A DNA stretch of 64,000 bases from Trueperaceae bacterium (GCA_965213925.1 OZ243927.1:1824001-1888000), one strand, 5' to 3'; positions 20,197 through 32,826 are shown, numbered from the stretch's first letter. Program-made: numbers and translations. Notes: a model not told the origin generated them from the sequence alone.

Positions 20197-20889
20197 CTAT
20201 TGAAACAAATCAGGTAACTGCTCGATTGGAATCCCCAGCTCCTCAAGTTTCGTTATCAAGATGGTTAGATTGGCTCCCCACTGTGTAGCTCTGCCAATTC
20301 CACGCGAAGCCCTCTGTAGCATTTTGAATGATCTGCTAATTTTCCTCGCGTCAGGCTCACTACTTTTAACCTCTTCTTGTAGCACTTCCAAAATATCAGC
20401 GGCATCCTCCTGTTTCTCGTCGGGTAGTTCTGCAAGATTTCTTCTAAGCTGCCCGAGCAAGCCGATAATTTCAGCCGAGTTAGCGTTAATATTCTGAGTG
20501 ACGTTGGCTATACTATTCGGACCAGTTTGTAAAGCTCCAACAGGTCCGTTGATAGTTATTACCTGAGATGGGTTCCCAGTTTGAGGTTGTATATCTTGTT
20601 CTACTGAAGTTGGAGTACCTGAACGATAAGCCTCGACGTCTCTATATGCCTTGCCAGTAATTGAAAACGTTTTTACATTGCTTGCTGTGTCGTTTGTGGA
20701 CAGGTACGAGTTCCTGACAAGGATTTCCAATTGATGTCTATCCACTCGAGCTATAGGATTTGAGCCTTCAATTATAAAATCTCCATTGCCGAACCATACT
20801 TCGAATTGCTCGCGTATTTCTCCAGACTTCGCTTTATATACTAATTGGACTAAGAACTCAGTCGTTGTTCGATTCAAATTTCCTATCAC
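20197..20889 (-). CDS. Low-GC hypothetical protein
   Basis: 230-aa ORF, visibly AT-richer than its neighbours, with TATAAT 6 nt before the GTG. Confidence 0.7.
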   Translation of the reverse strand: MIGNLNRTTTEFLVQLVYKAKSGEIREQFEVWFGNGDFIIEGSNPIARVDRHQLEILVRNSYLSTNDTASNVKTFSITGKAYRDVEAYRSGTPTSVEQDIQPQTGNPSQVITINGPVGALQTGPNSIANVTQNINANSAEIIGLLGQLRRNLAELPDEKQEDAADILEVLQEEVKSSEPDARKISRSFKMLQRASRGIGRATQWGANLTILITKLEELGIPIEQLPDLFQ

Positions 20890-21073
20890 CTGAAGATTAT
20901 AACTCTCGAGCCACTTTTCTTTAGCTAATACAAACTAAAAGGGCATCTCTCGAGCCAACCCCACCTCTTTCCCAAAACTCAATTCTAGCGTCCCTCACAG
21001 CAAAAGTCCGTGATAAACTTCTCGCGAAAGAGGTCGAAAGTGGGGAAAACCTCGAAATCATGTAACTAGGGGG

Positions 21074-21103
21074 TTGACACGCTTCGGCTTAGGGGTGTAC
21101 ACT
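21074..21103 (+). promoter_or_regulatory. Sigma70-type promoter of the 23S-5S unit
   Basis: TTGACA (21074-79), 18 nt, then TACACT (21098-103), about 125 nt before the 23S. Confidence 0.7.
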
Positions 21104-21226
21104 ATTTTTTGTCGCTCGAAAGAGCCGACAGCGAACAATGACAAGCGAATAAGAGTGATTGAGCATCCAAAAACGTAATTGAGTTTAGGCTCAAAAGCGT
21201 GTCTAGAATAGCTTTTATTGAAATAA

Positions 21227-24159
<2,933 letters not shown>

Positions 24160-24299
24160 TATTCTGGACTTATTTTCAATCACTCTTATTCGTCATTGTC
24201 GCAACTTTGAGGTTTAGTCGAATTGAGGACCACTATGTTTTAGAACTTCGCGTTTTAGAACCTTTGCGTCCGAGATGAGATGATACCTCTCTATCTTTT

Positions 24300-24417
<118 letters not shown>

Positions 24418-24434
24418 TTTATTTCAAGACTCAT

Positions 24435-24470
24435 GAGGTGTTGCCCGCTTGGGTAGCGCCTCTTATTTTT
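24435..24470 (+). terminator. Intrinsic terminator-like hairpin after the 5S gene
   Basis: GAGGTGTTGCCC-GCTT-GGGTAGCGCCTC followed by TTATTTTT. Confidence 0.6.
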
Positions 24471-24481
24471 AAGCTGAATAC

Positions 24482-24552
24482 ATGGGTATCTGAAACGAAA
24501 AAATAGACACCGCAGTTTTGACTGATAGCGTCTTTTGATGGATGATACCCAT
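24482..24552. repeat. 71-bp inverted-repeat element (GGTATYATC family)
   Basis: ATGGGTATC ... GATGATACCCAT, ending 3 nt before tRNA-Gly. Confidence 0.55.
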
Positions 24553-24555
24553 CCT

Positions 24556-24631
<76 letters not shown>

Positions 24632-24638
24632 AAGAATT

Positions 24639-24668
24639 AAGGCTCCGTTTCTGACGGAGTCTTTTTTT
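24639..24668 (+). terminator. Intrinsic terminator after tRNA-Gly
   Basis: GGCTCCGT-TTCTG-ACGGAGTC followed by T7. Confidence 0.85.
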
Positions 24669-24740
24669 GTGTTTTATCCGCTTCAATCTTCTCTTCTCGA
24701 ATCTGCCCAATTTACGGTAAGCTAGCAAGAGGAGGACATC

Positions 24741-24872
24741 GTGGAAACGTTTATCGAAATTATGTTTTACAGCACGCTGGTCTTTGGTGGCATCACGGCG
24801 ACGGCGGCGGCATTTGTTTATGTCGGTCACCTCTTAGCGGAGGAAGCGGTAGAGCCGGAGGATGCGCACTAA
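24741..24872 (+). CDS. 43-aa single-TM small protein (not in the ORF track)
   Basis: GAGGAGG RBS, GTG start, sequence METFIEIMFYSTLVFGGITATAAAFVYVGHLLAEEAVEPEDAH. Confidence 0.65.
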   Translation: METFIEIMFYSTLVFGGITATAAAFVYVGHLLAEEAVEPEDAH

Positions 24873-24888
24873 GTTGGCGTAGTAAGGT

Positions 24889-25395
24889 GTGTTTCAGACT
24901 GTTCAACAATTTATAAAGAGTGACGCGCCGACGAAATCTCAAGCAGCGCTTAGTTTGCGCTTTGTTTTCGCGCTTGCGTTTTGGGGTCAGCTTAGTGTGG
25001 TGGTGGTGCTCTGGTTGGCGTTGCTGCTTTTTGTAGAACCGCTCGAGCGCCCCCTTCCCTTCACTAGCGAAGCGCTAATAGGATTAACGGTTCTTCAACT
25101 TTTTGTAGCGCTTTTCATAGGACGTTTAGTGGCGCACACAAATATCAACGCGAGAAACGTTCCTGAAAACGTACAAGAGGGCAAAGGCGGCGCTTTGTCC
25201 GCCGTGATTGCGCAAGGAGTGATTCTCTCGACGCCGGCTTGGTTTGCGCTCTTTGCGTGGCTTGTAGGAACTGAACTGCGCACCCTCCTTATTTTGTTGG
25301 CGGTGCTCGGATTCTACTATTTACTCGGATTTCTGTTTGCAGGTTCCTATACGCAGATGGCACTCTCGAGCCAGAAGAAACCGGCTGAATCTTAA
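24889..25395 (+). CDS. Four-TM hypothetical membrane protein
   Basis: Four hydrophobic segments. Confidence 0.7.
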   Translation: MFQTVQQFIKSDAPTKSQAALSLRFVFALAFWGQLSVVVVLWLALLLFVEPLERPLPFTSEALIGLTVLQLFVALFIGRLVAHTNINARNVPENVQEGKGGALSAVIAQGVILSTPAWFALFAWLVGTELRTLLILLAVLGFYYLLGFLFAGSYTQMALSSQKKPAES

Positions 25396-25459
25396 ATTTG
25401 TGCCCAGCTCGAGCCTCATAACAATATTCTGACCCTAAGAACGTGGTAGAAATCAGGCT

Positions 25460-26005
25460 ATGACAGACATCTGGTCGCTCTTTTGGTCGTTTACCAAAGT
25501 CGGGCTCTTCGGCTTCGGTGGCGGACCTTCGATGATTCCACTGATTCAAGAAGAGGTCGTAGACGTGCAAGGCTGGCTCAGCCAAGAGGAGTTTTTAGAC
25601 GCTTTTGCGTTTGGTAATACGCTGCCCGGTCCGATTGCAACGAAGATGGCGGGGTATGTGGGCTATAAGGTCTCGGGCGTGGCGGGCGCGACGGCGGGCG
25701 TCGTCGGCGTCACCGTTCCCACCGTCATCGCGATGATTGCGCTCGGCGCACTCTATCTGCGCTACCGCGACGCGCCTATCTTTGAAAACTTCCTCAAGGG
25801 GGTGCGCCCTGTCGTGATTGCACTCTTGGCGCTCGTCGTCTATGAGTTTGCGCCGCGTGCGTTCGGCTCGCCTTCCGAATGGTTTGGCAACTGGGCGTTT
25901 TGGCTCTTAGCCATCGGCGCGTTTGTGTTGGCGGTCCGTTTCGATGTTCACCCTGCGCTTCTTATTGTCGTGGGCGGCGTAGTGGGTATCACTTTATTTC
26001 GCTAG
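25460..26005 (+). CDS. Short-chain chromate transporter (CHR family)
   Basis: FGFGGGPSMIP, LPGPIA and GVRPVVIAL. Confidence 0.9.
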   Translation: MTDIWSLFWSFTKVGLFGFGGGPSMIPLIQEEVVDVQGWLSQEEFLDAFAFGNTLPGPIATKMAGYVGYKVSGVAGATAGVVGVTVPTVIAMIALGALYLRYRDAPIFENFLKGVRPVVIALLALVVYEFAPRAFGSPSEWFGNWAFWLLAIGAFVLAVRFDVHPALLIVVGGVVGITLFR

Positions 26006-26014
26006 GAGCTATCT

Positions 26015-27598
26015 ATGTTCACCTATGACTTTCCCTACCTCTCACAGCGGATGCCCGTCTTGGCGCACAACGTCGTGGCGACGTCTCAACCTCTCGCGGC
26101 GCAAGCGGGTTTGCAGATGCTCAGCGCTGGGGGTAACGCCGTAGATGCGGCGCTCGCGGCGGCGATTGCGCTTACCGTCGTGGAGCCAACCTCGAACGGC
26201 GTCGGCTCGGACGCCTTCGCGATTCTATGGGACGGAGAAGAACTCGCCGGGCTCAACGCTTCGGGACGTTCACCTAAAGCGCTCACCAAAGAACGCTTTG
26301 AAAGCTTAGACTCGGTTCCGTTACGCGGTTGGGACGCGGTGACAGTTCCGGGTGCAGTTTCGTCGTGGGTCTCGCTCTCAGAGCGCTACGGCAAGCTCCC
26401 CTTTGAGGCACTCTTTGAGCCTGCGATTCGCTACGCGAGAGAGGGCTATCTTGTTTCGCCCATCACGGCTAAAGCCTGGTCCGTCGCGCCTAAAGTGTTC
26501 GGTGACTTTCCTGAATTCGCGGCTAAGTTCTTACCGAACGGGCGTGCCCCGCACGCGGGTGAGCTTTTTAGATACGAGGACCAAGCGAAAACTTTGGAGC
26601 GTATTGCTGAGACGAAGGGCGAAACCTTTTATCGAGGCGACTTGGCGCAGAGGATAGCGGCGCACGCGAAAGAAGCGGATGCCCTTCTTAACGAAGAGGA
26701 TTTAGCGGAGCACCGAGCGGATTGGGTTGAGCTTATCTCTCAAGATTACCGAGAGGTCACGCTCCACGAGATTCCACCCAACGGGCAAGGCTTGGCGGCG
26801 CTCCTCATGCTGGGAATCTTAGCGCATCATCCGGTCGCAGATTACCCAGTGGATTCGGCGGATAGCTTGCACGTGCAGCTCGAGGCGATGAAGCTCGCCT
26901 TCGCCGACGCCTACCGCTACGTCTCCGACGCGGATACGATGGATATGAGCTTGGAGAGGCTGCTCCACAGCGATTACCTGAAAGAACGCGCTGAAGAGAT
27001 CGACATGAAACGCGCTAAAAACCCACACTACGGCGTTCCTAAGCGCGGTGGCACGGTCTACCTCACGGCAGCGGACGCGGGCGGCATGATGGTCTCGTTT
27101 ATCCAGTCGAACTATTACGGCTTCGGCTCGGGCATCGTCGTACCGGGGACGGGGATTAGTTTACAAAATCGGGGTGCGGGCTTCACATTGCAAGAGGGTC
27201 ATCCGAATCAAGTGGCGGGCGGCAAACGTCCTTTTCATACGATTATTCCTGGCTTCTTGACGCAAAACGGACAGCCGTTGATGAGCTTCGGCGTGATGGG
27301 CGGACCGATGCAGCCGCAAGGTCACGCGCAGATGGTGATTCGGCTGTGTGACTATGGACAGAACCCGCAGGCGGCGAGCGACGCTCCGCGTTGGCGGGTG
27401 GCGGGCGGCTTAGAGGTCCACGTAGAGCCAGGCTTCAAGCCTGATGTTTTAGACGAACTCCGCAGCCGAGGGCATAAGGTTAAAGTGGAGGGTTCGGCGT
27501 TTGGGGGCTTTGGTGGGGCGCAACTTATTTATAGGCTCGAGGATGGCTACCTCGCCGCTTCGGACAGCCGCAAAGACGGACAGGCGGTAGGCTTCTGA
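26015..27598 (+). CDS. ggt: Gamma-glutamyltransferase family protein (YwrD-like)
   Basis: GGNAVDAALAAA, GTVYL catalytic Thr, KRPFHTIIP and GVMGGPMQPQGH. Confidence 0.92.
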   Translation: MFTYDFPYLSQRMPVLAHNVVATSQPLAAQAGLQMLSAGGNAVDAALAAAIALTVVEPTSNGVGSDAFAILWDGEELAGLNASGRSPKALTKERFESLDSVPLRGWDAVTVPGAVSSWVSLSERYGKLPFEALFEPAIRYAREGYLVSPITAKAWSVAPKVFGDFPEFAAKFLPNGRAPHAGELFRYEDQAKTLERIAETKGETFYRGDLAQRIAAHAKEADALLNEEDLAEHRADWVELISQDYREVTLHEIPPNGQGLAALLMLGILAHHPVADYPVDSADSLHVQLEAMKLAFADAYRYVSDADTMDMSLERLLHSDYLKERAEEIDMKRAKNPHYGVPKRGGTVYLTAADAGGMMVSFIQSNYYGFGSGIVVPGTGISLQNRGAGFTLQEGHPNQVAGGKRPFHTIIPGFLTQNGQPLMSFGVMGGPMQPQGHAQMVIRLCDYGQNPQAASDAPRWRVAGGLEVHVEPGFKPDVLDELRSRGHKVKVEGSAFGGFGGAQLIYRLEDGYLAASDSRKDGQAVGF

Positions 27599-27783
27599 AG
27601 GCGAAGCGCGTCCGCACGAAGCGGTGCGAGAGCTGCGAGCAGGAGAGGGATACGCTCTACCGCATTCAAAATAGTGAGACGGATGGGTGGATATTCGTCT
27701 GTATTGACTGCTTACCAAAGTTCAAAGAGGATGAGCCGACATATGTGTACGGTGGGACGTGGAAGGCGCGGAAGCGGCACTGA
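27595..27783 (+). CDS. Small CxxC...CxxC zinc-ribbon protein with no canonical start codon (not in the ORF track)
   Basis: Reads KAKRVRTKRCESCEQERDTLYRIQ...WIFVCIDCLPK...YVYGGTWKARKRH. The only plausible start is CTG overlapping the ggt TGA. Confidence 0.65.
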   Translation: MKAKRVRTKRCESCEQERDTLYRIQNSETDGWIFVCIDCLPKFKEDEPTYVYGGTWKARKRH

Positions 27784-27867
27784 ATAACAGAACACTCTGG
27801 AGCAAGGTGATGGTTTTCCGTCACGGACGATAATTGCGGAGAGTGGTAAAAAGAGTTGAGAAGTCTT

Positions 27868-28425
27868 ATGTGCCCAAGAAGATTCGCTATCGTTTTCCTG
27901 TACCTCACGCTTTTAAGTGCTCTATCGGGTTGCTCTTTCGACATCAACTATAGTGACAAGGCAATGATTCGACATTTTCAGAAGAACGAACAGCTATTTA
28001 ATGAATTAGCAACAAGCGCTCTGCGGGCGAATGATCTAAGAATTTTGAGGTCCTGTGACGGTCCACCGTGCTACCGAAACAGAGCGACTGAAACCTACTA
28101 TGCCATTTTGGAAGACGGTGAAAGGGTTGAAACCGGATTCGGTAATCTGTCAGAAATCATGAATACTTTGGACCTTGCGTCTCTCGATATAGAACACGGT
28201 GGCTATAAAAAAGAAGTATACATGAGACGATCCAAAAGAAGGGAGATGACACTTTTCGATCCAGAATCGAGCTACGCAGTAAAAGGCTATCTTTACTCTA
28301 CAGAACCTGTAGACCCTAACAGGCTTGAAGATAAATTAGAAAGCAGCTCGTTATACAATAACGATTTAAGATTCAGACATATCGCTGGTTCCTGGTACTT
28401 ATATATAAGCATCGATGTATCGTAA
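27868..28425 (+). CDS. Low-GC hypothetical lipoprotein
   Basis: Lipobox ALSGC and AT-rich composition. Confidence 0.7.
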   Translation: MCPRRFAIVFLYLTLLSALSGCSFDINYSDKAMIRHFQKNEQLFNELATSALRANDLRILRSCDGPPCYRNRATETYYAILEDGERVETGFGNLSEIMNTLDLASLDIEHGGYKKEVYMRRSKRREMTLFDPESSYAVKGYLYSTEPVDPNRLEDKLESSSLYNNDLRFRHIAGSWYLYISIDVS

Positions 28426-28438
28426 AAACTGCTAACCT

Positions 28439-28909
28439 CTATTCGTCTAAACTCTCCTCAACCGCCCCAATCATCTCATCCATAAAGGTCAAAATGACTC
28501 TCTTTTCAGATGTCTCGAGTGCGTCAAGCGTTCGCCCTAACCTTTCAAAAAGCGCAAGAGGTCGTTTTACACTCTGGGCGTCTTGCTCCACATAGTGCAT
28601 CAGCACCTTGCGCCTATCACTCGGATGAGGGGCGCGATTGGTAAACCCTCTTTCCTCCAATCTGTCCAAGAGCCGCGTCACCGCGCCCGAACTTAGCCCG
28701 ACGCGCTCGCCGACCTCTTTGGGCGTAAGCGGTCCGTCTAAACGCAAGTGCTCGCACACCAAAATTTCGGTGAGGGTGAAACCCGTGTCCTCGGCAACCT
28801 TGGCGCTCATCGTGAGGAGCATCGCGTTGAGCCGCTGAAAGGCTGCTTGGACCTCTTCGTCTACGTTGCTGTTTTGTGCAGTAATTTGATATTTCAGCTT
28901 CTTTGTCAT
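28439..28909 (-). CDS. MarR-family transcriptional regulator
   Basis: GLSSGAVTRLLDRLEERG...HPSDRR. Confidence 0.92.
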   Translation of the reverse strand: MTKKLKYQITAQNSNVDEEVQAAFQRLNAMLLTMSAKVAEDTGFTLTEILVCEHLRLDGPLTPKEVGERVGLSSGAVTRLLDRLEERGFTNRAPHPSDRRKVLMHYVEQDAQSVKRPLALFERLGRTLDALETSEKRVILTFMDEMIGAVEESLDE

Positions 28910-29007
28910 ACAATCATTATAGAGGTTTGGGGAAGCTCGAGCCTCAACTCATGAGGAGGGATAAAGCAAGTTAGAGGTTAAAAGTCCAAGCTCGAGGAGG
29001 TCAAACG

Positions 29008-29658
29008 GTGAATGTTAGAGAACAAAAGGTTACGCAAGTCGCGCCGCGAGAAGAGTTCGAAGTAGAGCATCCCGGAGACCAAAAGCCGAAACGCTGGCGC
29101 TGGTATCACGGGCTGCTCGCTTACGCCGCTACTGAAGTTATTAGCTATGGGCTCGGCAAGCTCGCGGAGCGCTCTACGGGAAACAAGACGGATAGAGAGG
29201 CACAAGACCCTTTCTACGAGAGCCTCAAGCAACCCATTTACGCGCCGCCAGGTCCGGCATTTCCTGTTGTTTGGGCGGTGAACAATACGGCTCGAGTCTC
29301 CGGGCTAGTCCGCGTTCTCAACAAATCCACAGAGACGCCGGGACGGAGCGCTTACCTCGCCTTGCAAGGGACCTCACTCCTCAACTACGCCTCCTTTAAC
29401 GCGGCTTACTTCGGGCTTCGCTCGCCGAGGCTGGGCGCGGCGATGACGGTGGCGGACCTCGGGCTGGCGGTCGCGAGTGGTTACGTTGCGCTCGAGAAGC
29501 TCGAGGACTCTAAAGTTGCCGCTTCGCTCTCGACCCTTATGCCCTGGCTCGCTCTCGCCGCCGCAGTCTCGGTGCCCGTCGCGCTGTGGAACGAAGACAG
29601 GTTTTACAGCGCGTCGCCTTGCCTAGACGCGCCCAAAGGGTGGGTCAAAGAAGCGTGA
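29008..29658 (+). CDS. TspO/MBR-family protein
   Basis: FYESLKQPIYAPPGPAFPVVW. Confidence 0.85.
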   Translation: MNVREQKVTQVAPREEFEVEHPGDQKPKRWRWYHGLLAYAATEVISYGLGKLAERSTGNKTDREAQDPFYESLKQPIYAPPGPAFPVVWAVNNTARVSGLVRVLNKSTETPGRSAYLALQGTSLLNYASFNAAYFGLRSPRLGAAMTVADLGLAVASGYVALEKLEDSKVAASLSTLMPWLALAAAVSVPVALWNEDRFYSASPCLDAPKGWVKEA

Positions 29659-29795
29659 ACCTCTCCGCCCTAGAGGGGAGCTGACGGTATCCTCACTCAA
29701 AGTCAGATTACAGTCATCTTGCCAGTCTGCGTTACCCTAGTTGTATAGACGGACCTCGCCTTAAACGTGAGGTTCATATCAGAAGGGAGCAGCAC

Positions 29796-30224
29796 ATGGC
29801 AGGAGCGAAAGATGGCGACACCGTCAAAGTACACTATCAAGGGACGTTAGAGGACGGCACCGTCTTCGATTCGTCAAAGGACCGCGAGCCCTTAGAATTC
29901 ACGCTCGGCGGCGGCAACATTATCGCGGGGTTTGAAGAGATTGTGACGGGGATGGAGACGGGGGAGACGAAGTTGGAGCGCATCCCCGCCGAAAAAGCCT
30001 ATGGGCAGCGCCGCGACGACATGGTGATGGAGGTGGACCGTCAGCAAGTCCCGAATGAAATCGACCTGCAGCTCGGTCAGCAGCTTCAGGTGCGCCAGGA
30101 GAGCGGACAAGCTGTACCTGTAACGGTCACGGAGCTTTCGGAGAACACGGTGACGCTCGACGCAAACCACCCGTTAGCAGGCAAAGACTTGATGTTCGAG
30201 ATCGAACTCATAGAGATCGTTTAA
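29796..30224 (+). CDS. slyD: FKBP-type peptidyl-prolyl isomerase (SlyD-like)
   Basis: VKVHYQGTLEDGTVFDSS and DANHPLAGKDL. Confidence 0.9.
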   Translation: MAGAKDGDTVKVHYQGTLEDGTVFDSSKDREPLEFTLGGGNIIAGFEEIVTGMETGETKLERIPAEKAYGQRRDDMVMEVDRQQVPNEIDLQLGQQLQVRQESGQAVPVTVTELSENTVTLDANHPLAGKDLMFEIELIEIV

Positions 30225-30236
30225 GGTTACATCCAA

Positions 30237-30268
30237 AAGAGCGCTCAGCGAATAGGTTGAGCGCTCTT
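30237..30268. terminator. Terminator-like hairpin
   Basis: AAGAGCGCTCA ... TGAGCGCTCTT after the PPIase stop. Confidence 0.65.
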
Positions 30269-30281
30269 CTTACATATTGAA

Positions 30282-31040
30282 ATGATGAAAGAAATTCAAA
30301 GCCTCGAGCAAGCCGCGGCTAACGCCCTGCCGCCCGCCCGTTTTCAGCTCGACGAGGGCTGGCGGCTTCGCGCCGACGGCGGCGGATCGCGCAGGGCGAA
30401 CTCGGTGCTGGCGGAATATAATCTGGCGGATACGCCGCTGAATGACAAGATAGACCGCGCTGAGGCATTTTATGCACGTTTGGGGAAGGCTGCGCGGTTC
30501 CAGCTCTGCCCTGCGTCGCAACCGTCCAATTTAGACTACGTCCTAGCGGCAAGAGGGTATCGCACCAGCAGCGGCGCACTCGTCCAACGTGCGCCGCTCA
30601 CGAAGGTCTTGGGACGCGTAGTGAAGCAAGCTGTGCCGGACGCGGTCATCGACTTGTGCCTCACCGCTGATTGGCTCAACCTCTTTGGATGGGGTGCTGG
30701 AGTAGAGGGTTATGGGCTCGAGGCCAAGCGTGCCCTCTTCCAGCGCATCCCTTCGCACGCCGCCTTCGTCACCGTGAGGTTGGCGGGCATCCCGGCAGCG
30801 GTCGGTCTAGGTGTTTTAGAACGGGGTCAACTCGGGCTATTCAACATGGCGACGTTGCCGAGTTTGCGCCGGAGGGGTGCGTCTCGAGCCGTTATCCACG
30901 CGCTGGCGGTTTGGGGGGCGCAGATGGACGCGAAGGTGATGTTTTTGCAAGTCGCCGAGGAAAACCGAGCAGCGAGGGCGCTCTATACGCAGTTGGGCTT
31001 TCGAACACTTTATACCTATCACTACCGAGAAGCGAAGTAG
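30282..31040 (+). CDS. GNAT-family acetyltransferase
   Basis: GWRLR..GG.SRRANSV, RRRGAS and LQV..EN..AR.LY..LGF. Confidence 0.88.
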   Translation: MMKEIQSLEQAAANALPPARFQLDEGWRLRADGGGSRRANSVLAEYNLADTPLNDKIDRAEAFYARLGKAARFQLCPASQPSNLDYVLAARGYRTSSGALVQRAPLTKVLGRVVKQAVPDAVIDLCLTADWLNLFGWGAGVEGYGLEAKRALFQRIPSHAAFVTVRLAGIPAAVGLGVLERGQLGLFNMATLPSLRRRGASRAVIHALAVWGAQMDAKVMFLQVAEENRAARALYTQLGFRTLYTYHYREAK

Positions 31041-31147
31041 CGAACGCGAACCACGCTGCGTGGGCTCTGGGCGGGTTCCGCTCGGTCCCTCTTCGCTCGC
31101 GGCGAAAACCCCGTTAATCTCCGCCCCTGCTCGCCGCGCTTCACCAC

Positions 31148-32284
31148 TTAAACTTCCTCGTCGAAAAACAGCGCCGCCTTGATTTCTCCCTCTTCCTCCA
31201 AGTTGCCTCCCAAAGCCGCCGCCAAGATACCGATCGACGCCATGAACACCACATAGTTGATGCGCGGCAGCTCAGCGGGTTCGAAGCCTGACCAGCCCGC
31301 GACGACGCCGAGAGGGAGCGCGTAAGAAACGACTAAAAGTAGAGAGAAGAGCACGAACCAGAGCGAAATCATCCCGACGAAGAGCGTGCCGAATAAGACG
31401 ATGCGGCTCCTTGCTAACTGCTCGCTCCAGCCGCGTCCGGGACCGTGACCGAGCTGTTCTAGGTTTTGCCCGTAGAAGATGAATAAGCTCGAGGCCGTAA
31501 TCGCCGCCCCCGAGCCGGTGAGGAGCCAAGCGAGTTGCGAATTCGTCCCCGCCTCCCACGACTCGGCTGTGAGGAGTAAGAAGAGGAGCGAGACGATGAC
31601 GGTCGCCGTCAAACGTCCTAAGTAGAGGGGCATCTTCCAGGGCGCGTAACCCCAGATGCTCCTTAGAATCGAACTCGGGTCGCTGAAAAAGGCGCGAAAG
31701 TAAAAGGTGACGACGTTCCAGCGTGCACTCGTCTCCTCGAGCCGCGCGTCTGCCACGTCTTGCAGCGCGTCTTGCGCGATCTCATACTGCGCTTTGGGAA
31801 AAGATTCTAGGGTCAGCCGCTCCACCTTACCGGGCGGACGCATCGGTCCCTCGTCGGCGTATTCTAAGGTGAATAGATGACCCAAGAGGTGCAGCGCGAG
31901 CGCGGCTAAACGTTCGGGTAGCGCGTCGTGGGGACCGAGCCTAGCACTCGAGACCACCGCCACCTCCAACGCCGACGAGGGAACGCCCAGCGTCGAAATG
32001 CGCTGCCTCGGCTCCAGGTCGTTCGGCACGACGACGATAGAGAAGTCCCACTGGTGATAGAGTTTCTCCTCCGCGCCGAGTTCCAGGAGGGGAAGCGGTT
32101 TGAGGAGCCCGGCGGCGGGGAAGGCGCGGCGTTCGACGGGCTCGAGCTGCCAATCGAAAGATGGGAACGCTATTTGCAGGTGCTCCAAGAGTCGTTCCGC
32201 CGCCTCGCTATAGCGCTCCGCGAGCGTGCTGTCGGTGAGCTTCGAGGCGAGGATCCAGCCGATGGCGATTTTGGGTTTGGTCAT
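31148..32284 (-). CDS. Membrane protein with an N-terminal zincin-like domain
   Basis: Soluble N-half containing HLLGHLFTL and a C-half with about four TM segments. Confidence 0.7.
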   Translation of the reverse strand: MTKPKIAIGWILASKLTDSTLAERYSEAAERLLEHLQIAFPSFDWQLEPVERRAFPAAGLLKPLPLLELGAEEKLYHQWDFSIVVVPNDLEPRQRISTLGVPSSALEVAVVSSARLGPHDALPERLAALALHLLGHLFTLEYADEGPMRPPGKVERLTLESFPKAQYEIAQDALQDVADARLEETSARWNVVTFYFRAFFSDPSSILRSIWGYAPWKMPLYLGRLTATVIVSLLFLLLTAESWEAGTNSQLAWLLTGSGAAITASSLFIFYGQNLEQLGHGPGRGWSEQLARSRIVLFGTLFVGMISLWFVLFSLLLVVSYALPLGVVAGWSGFEPAELPRINYVVFMASIGILAAALGGNLEEEGEIKAALFFDEEV

Positions 32285-32320
32285 ATGTGAAGCTGTTCCC
32301 TGTAGTGCTCGGTTAAAATT

Positions 32321-32788
32321 TTAGCCTGCAATCATGAGGTCTTGTCGATCAACTTCAATTCCTATAGGTAAAGCGTCAGAGTCAGGAAAAGACCCCCGAT
32401 AATAGAAATTGAAGTCACCAGACCGAACCCGCCTCTGTCTACCGACAGAATCACCGAAATGTTTGGCATCAACTTGTTGTCCGTACACTTTAATTTCCCC
32501 GTAGCGCATAATCTTACCTTTCGGCAAAAGGACCGAAGGGGGCTCTAAGCGTGTACCATTATCCGCAATCCATTCACGAGTGAACAGGGTTTTCGCTGTC
32601 GCGTCAGACGTTACCCAGGCGAAGCCGTAAAAGATTGATGCTCCTTCCATCTCTATAGGCAAAGTATGTATGTAAATATGGTCAACAATCTTGTGATAAT
32701 GACCAAATGAGTTTGTGAACCTAACACTAAGTTCACCCATAGGTATGCCAAAAGGTAGTGATAGTAGGTCGGTTAGCTCGAGGCTCAT
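32321..32788 (-). CDS. Low-GC hypothetical protein downstream of tRNA-Ser
   Basis: 155-aa AT-rich ORF with no recognised motif. Confidence 0.55.
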   Translation of the reverse strand: MSLELTDLLSLPFGIPMGELSVRFTNSFGHYHKIVDHIYIHTLPIEMEGASIFYGFAWVTSDATAKTLFTREWIADNGTRLEPPSVLLPKGKIMRYGEIKVYGQQVDAKHFGDSVGRQRRVRSGDFNFYYRGSFPDSDALPIGIEVDRQDLMIAG

Positions 32789-32826
32789 TATTGTCTGAAA
32801 CTACGCTTGAACTCGAATGAAATAGC

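Noticed and set aside
24237..24267. GTTTTAGAAC repeated twice, resembling a type II CRISPR repeat start
   Set aside because: Only two adjacent 15-16 bp units with no spacers and no cas genes. It is a short duplication in the 23S-5S spacer.
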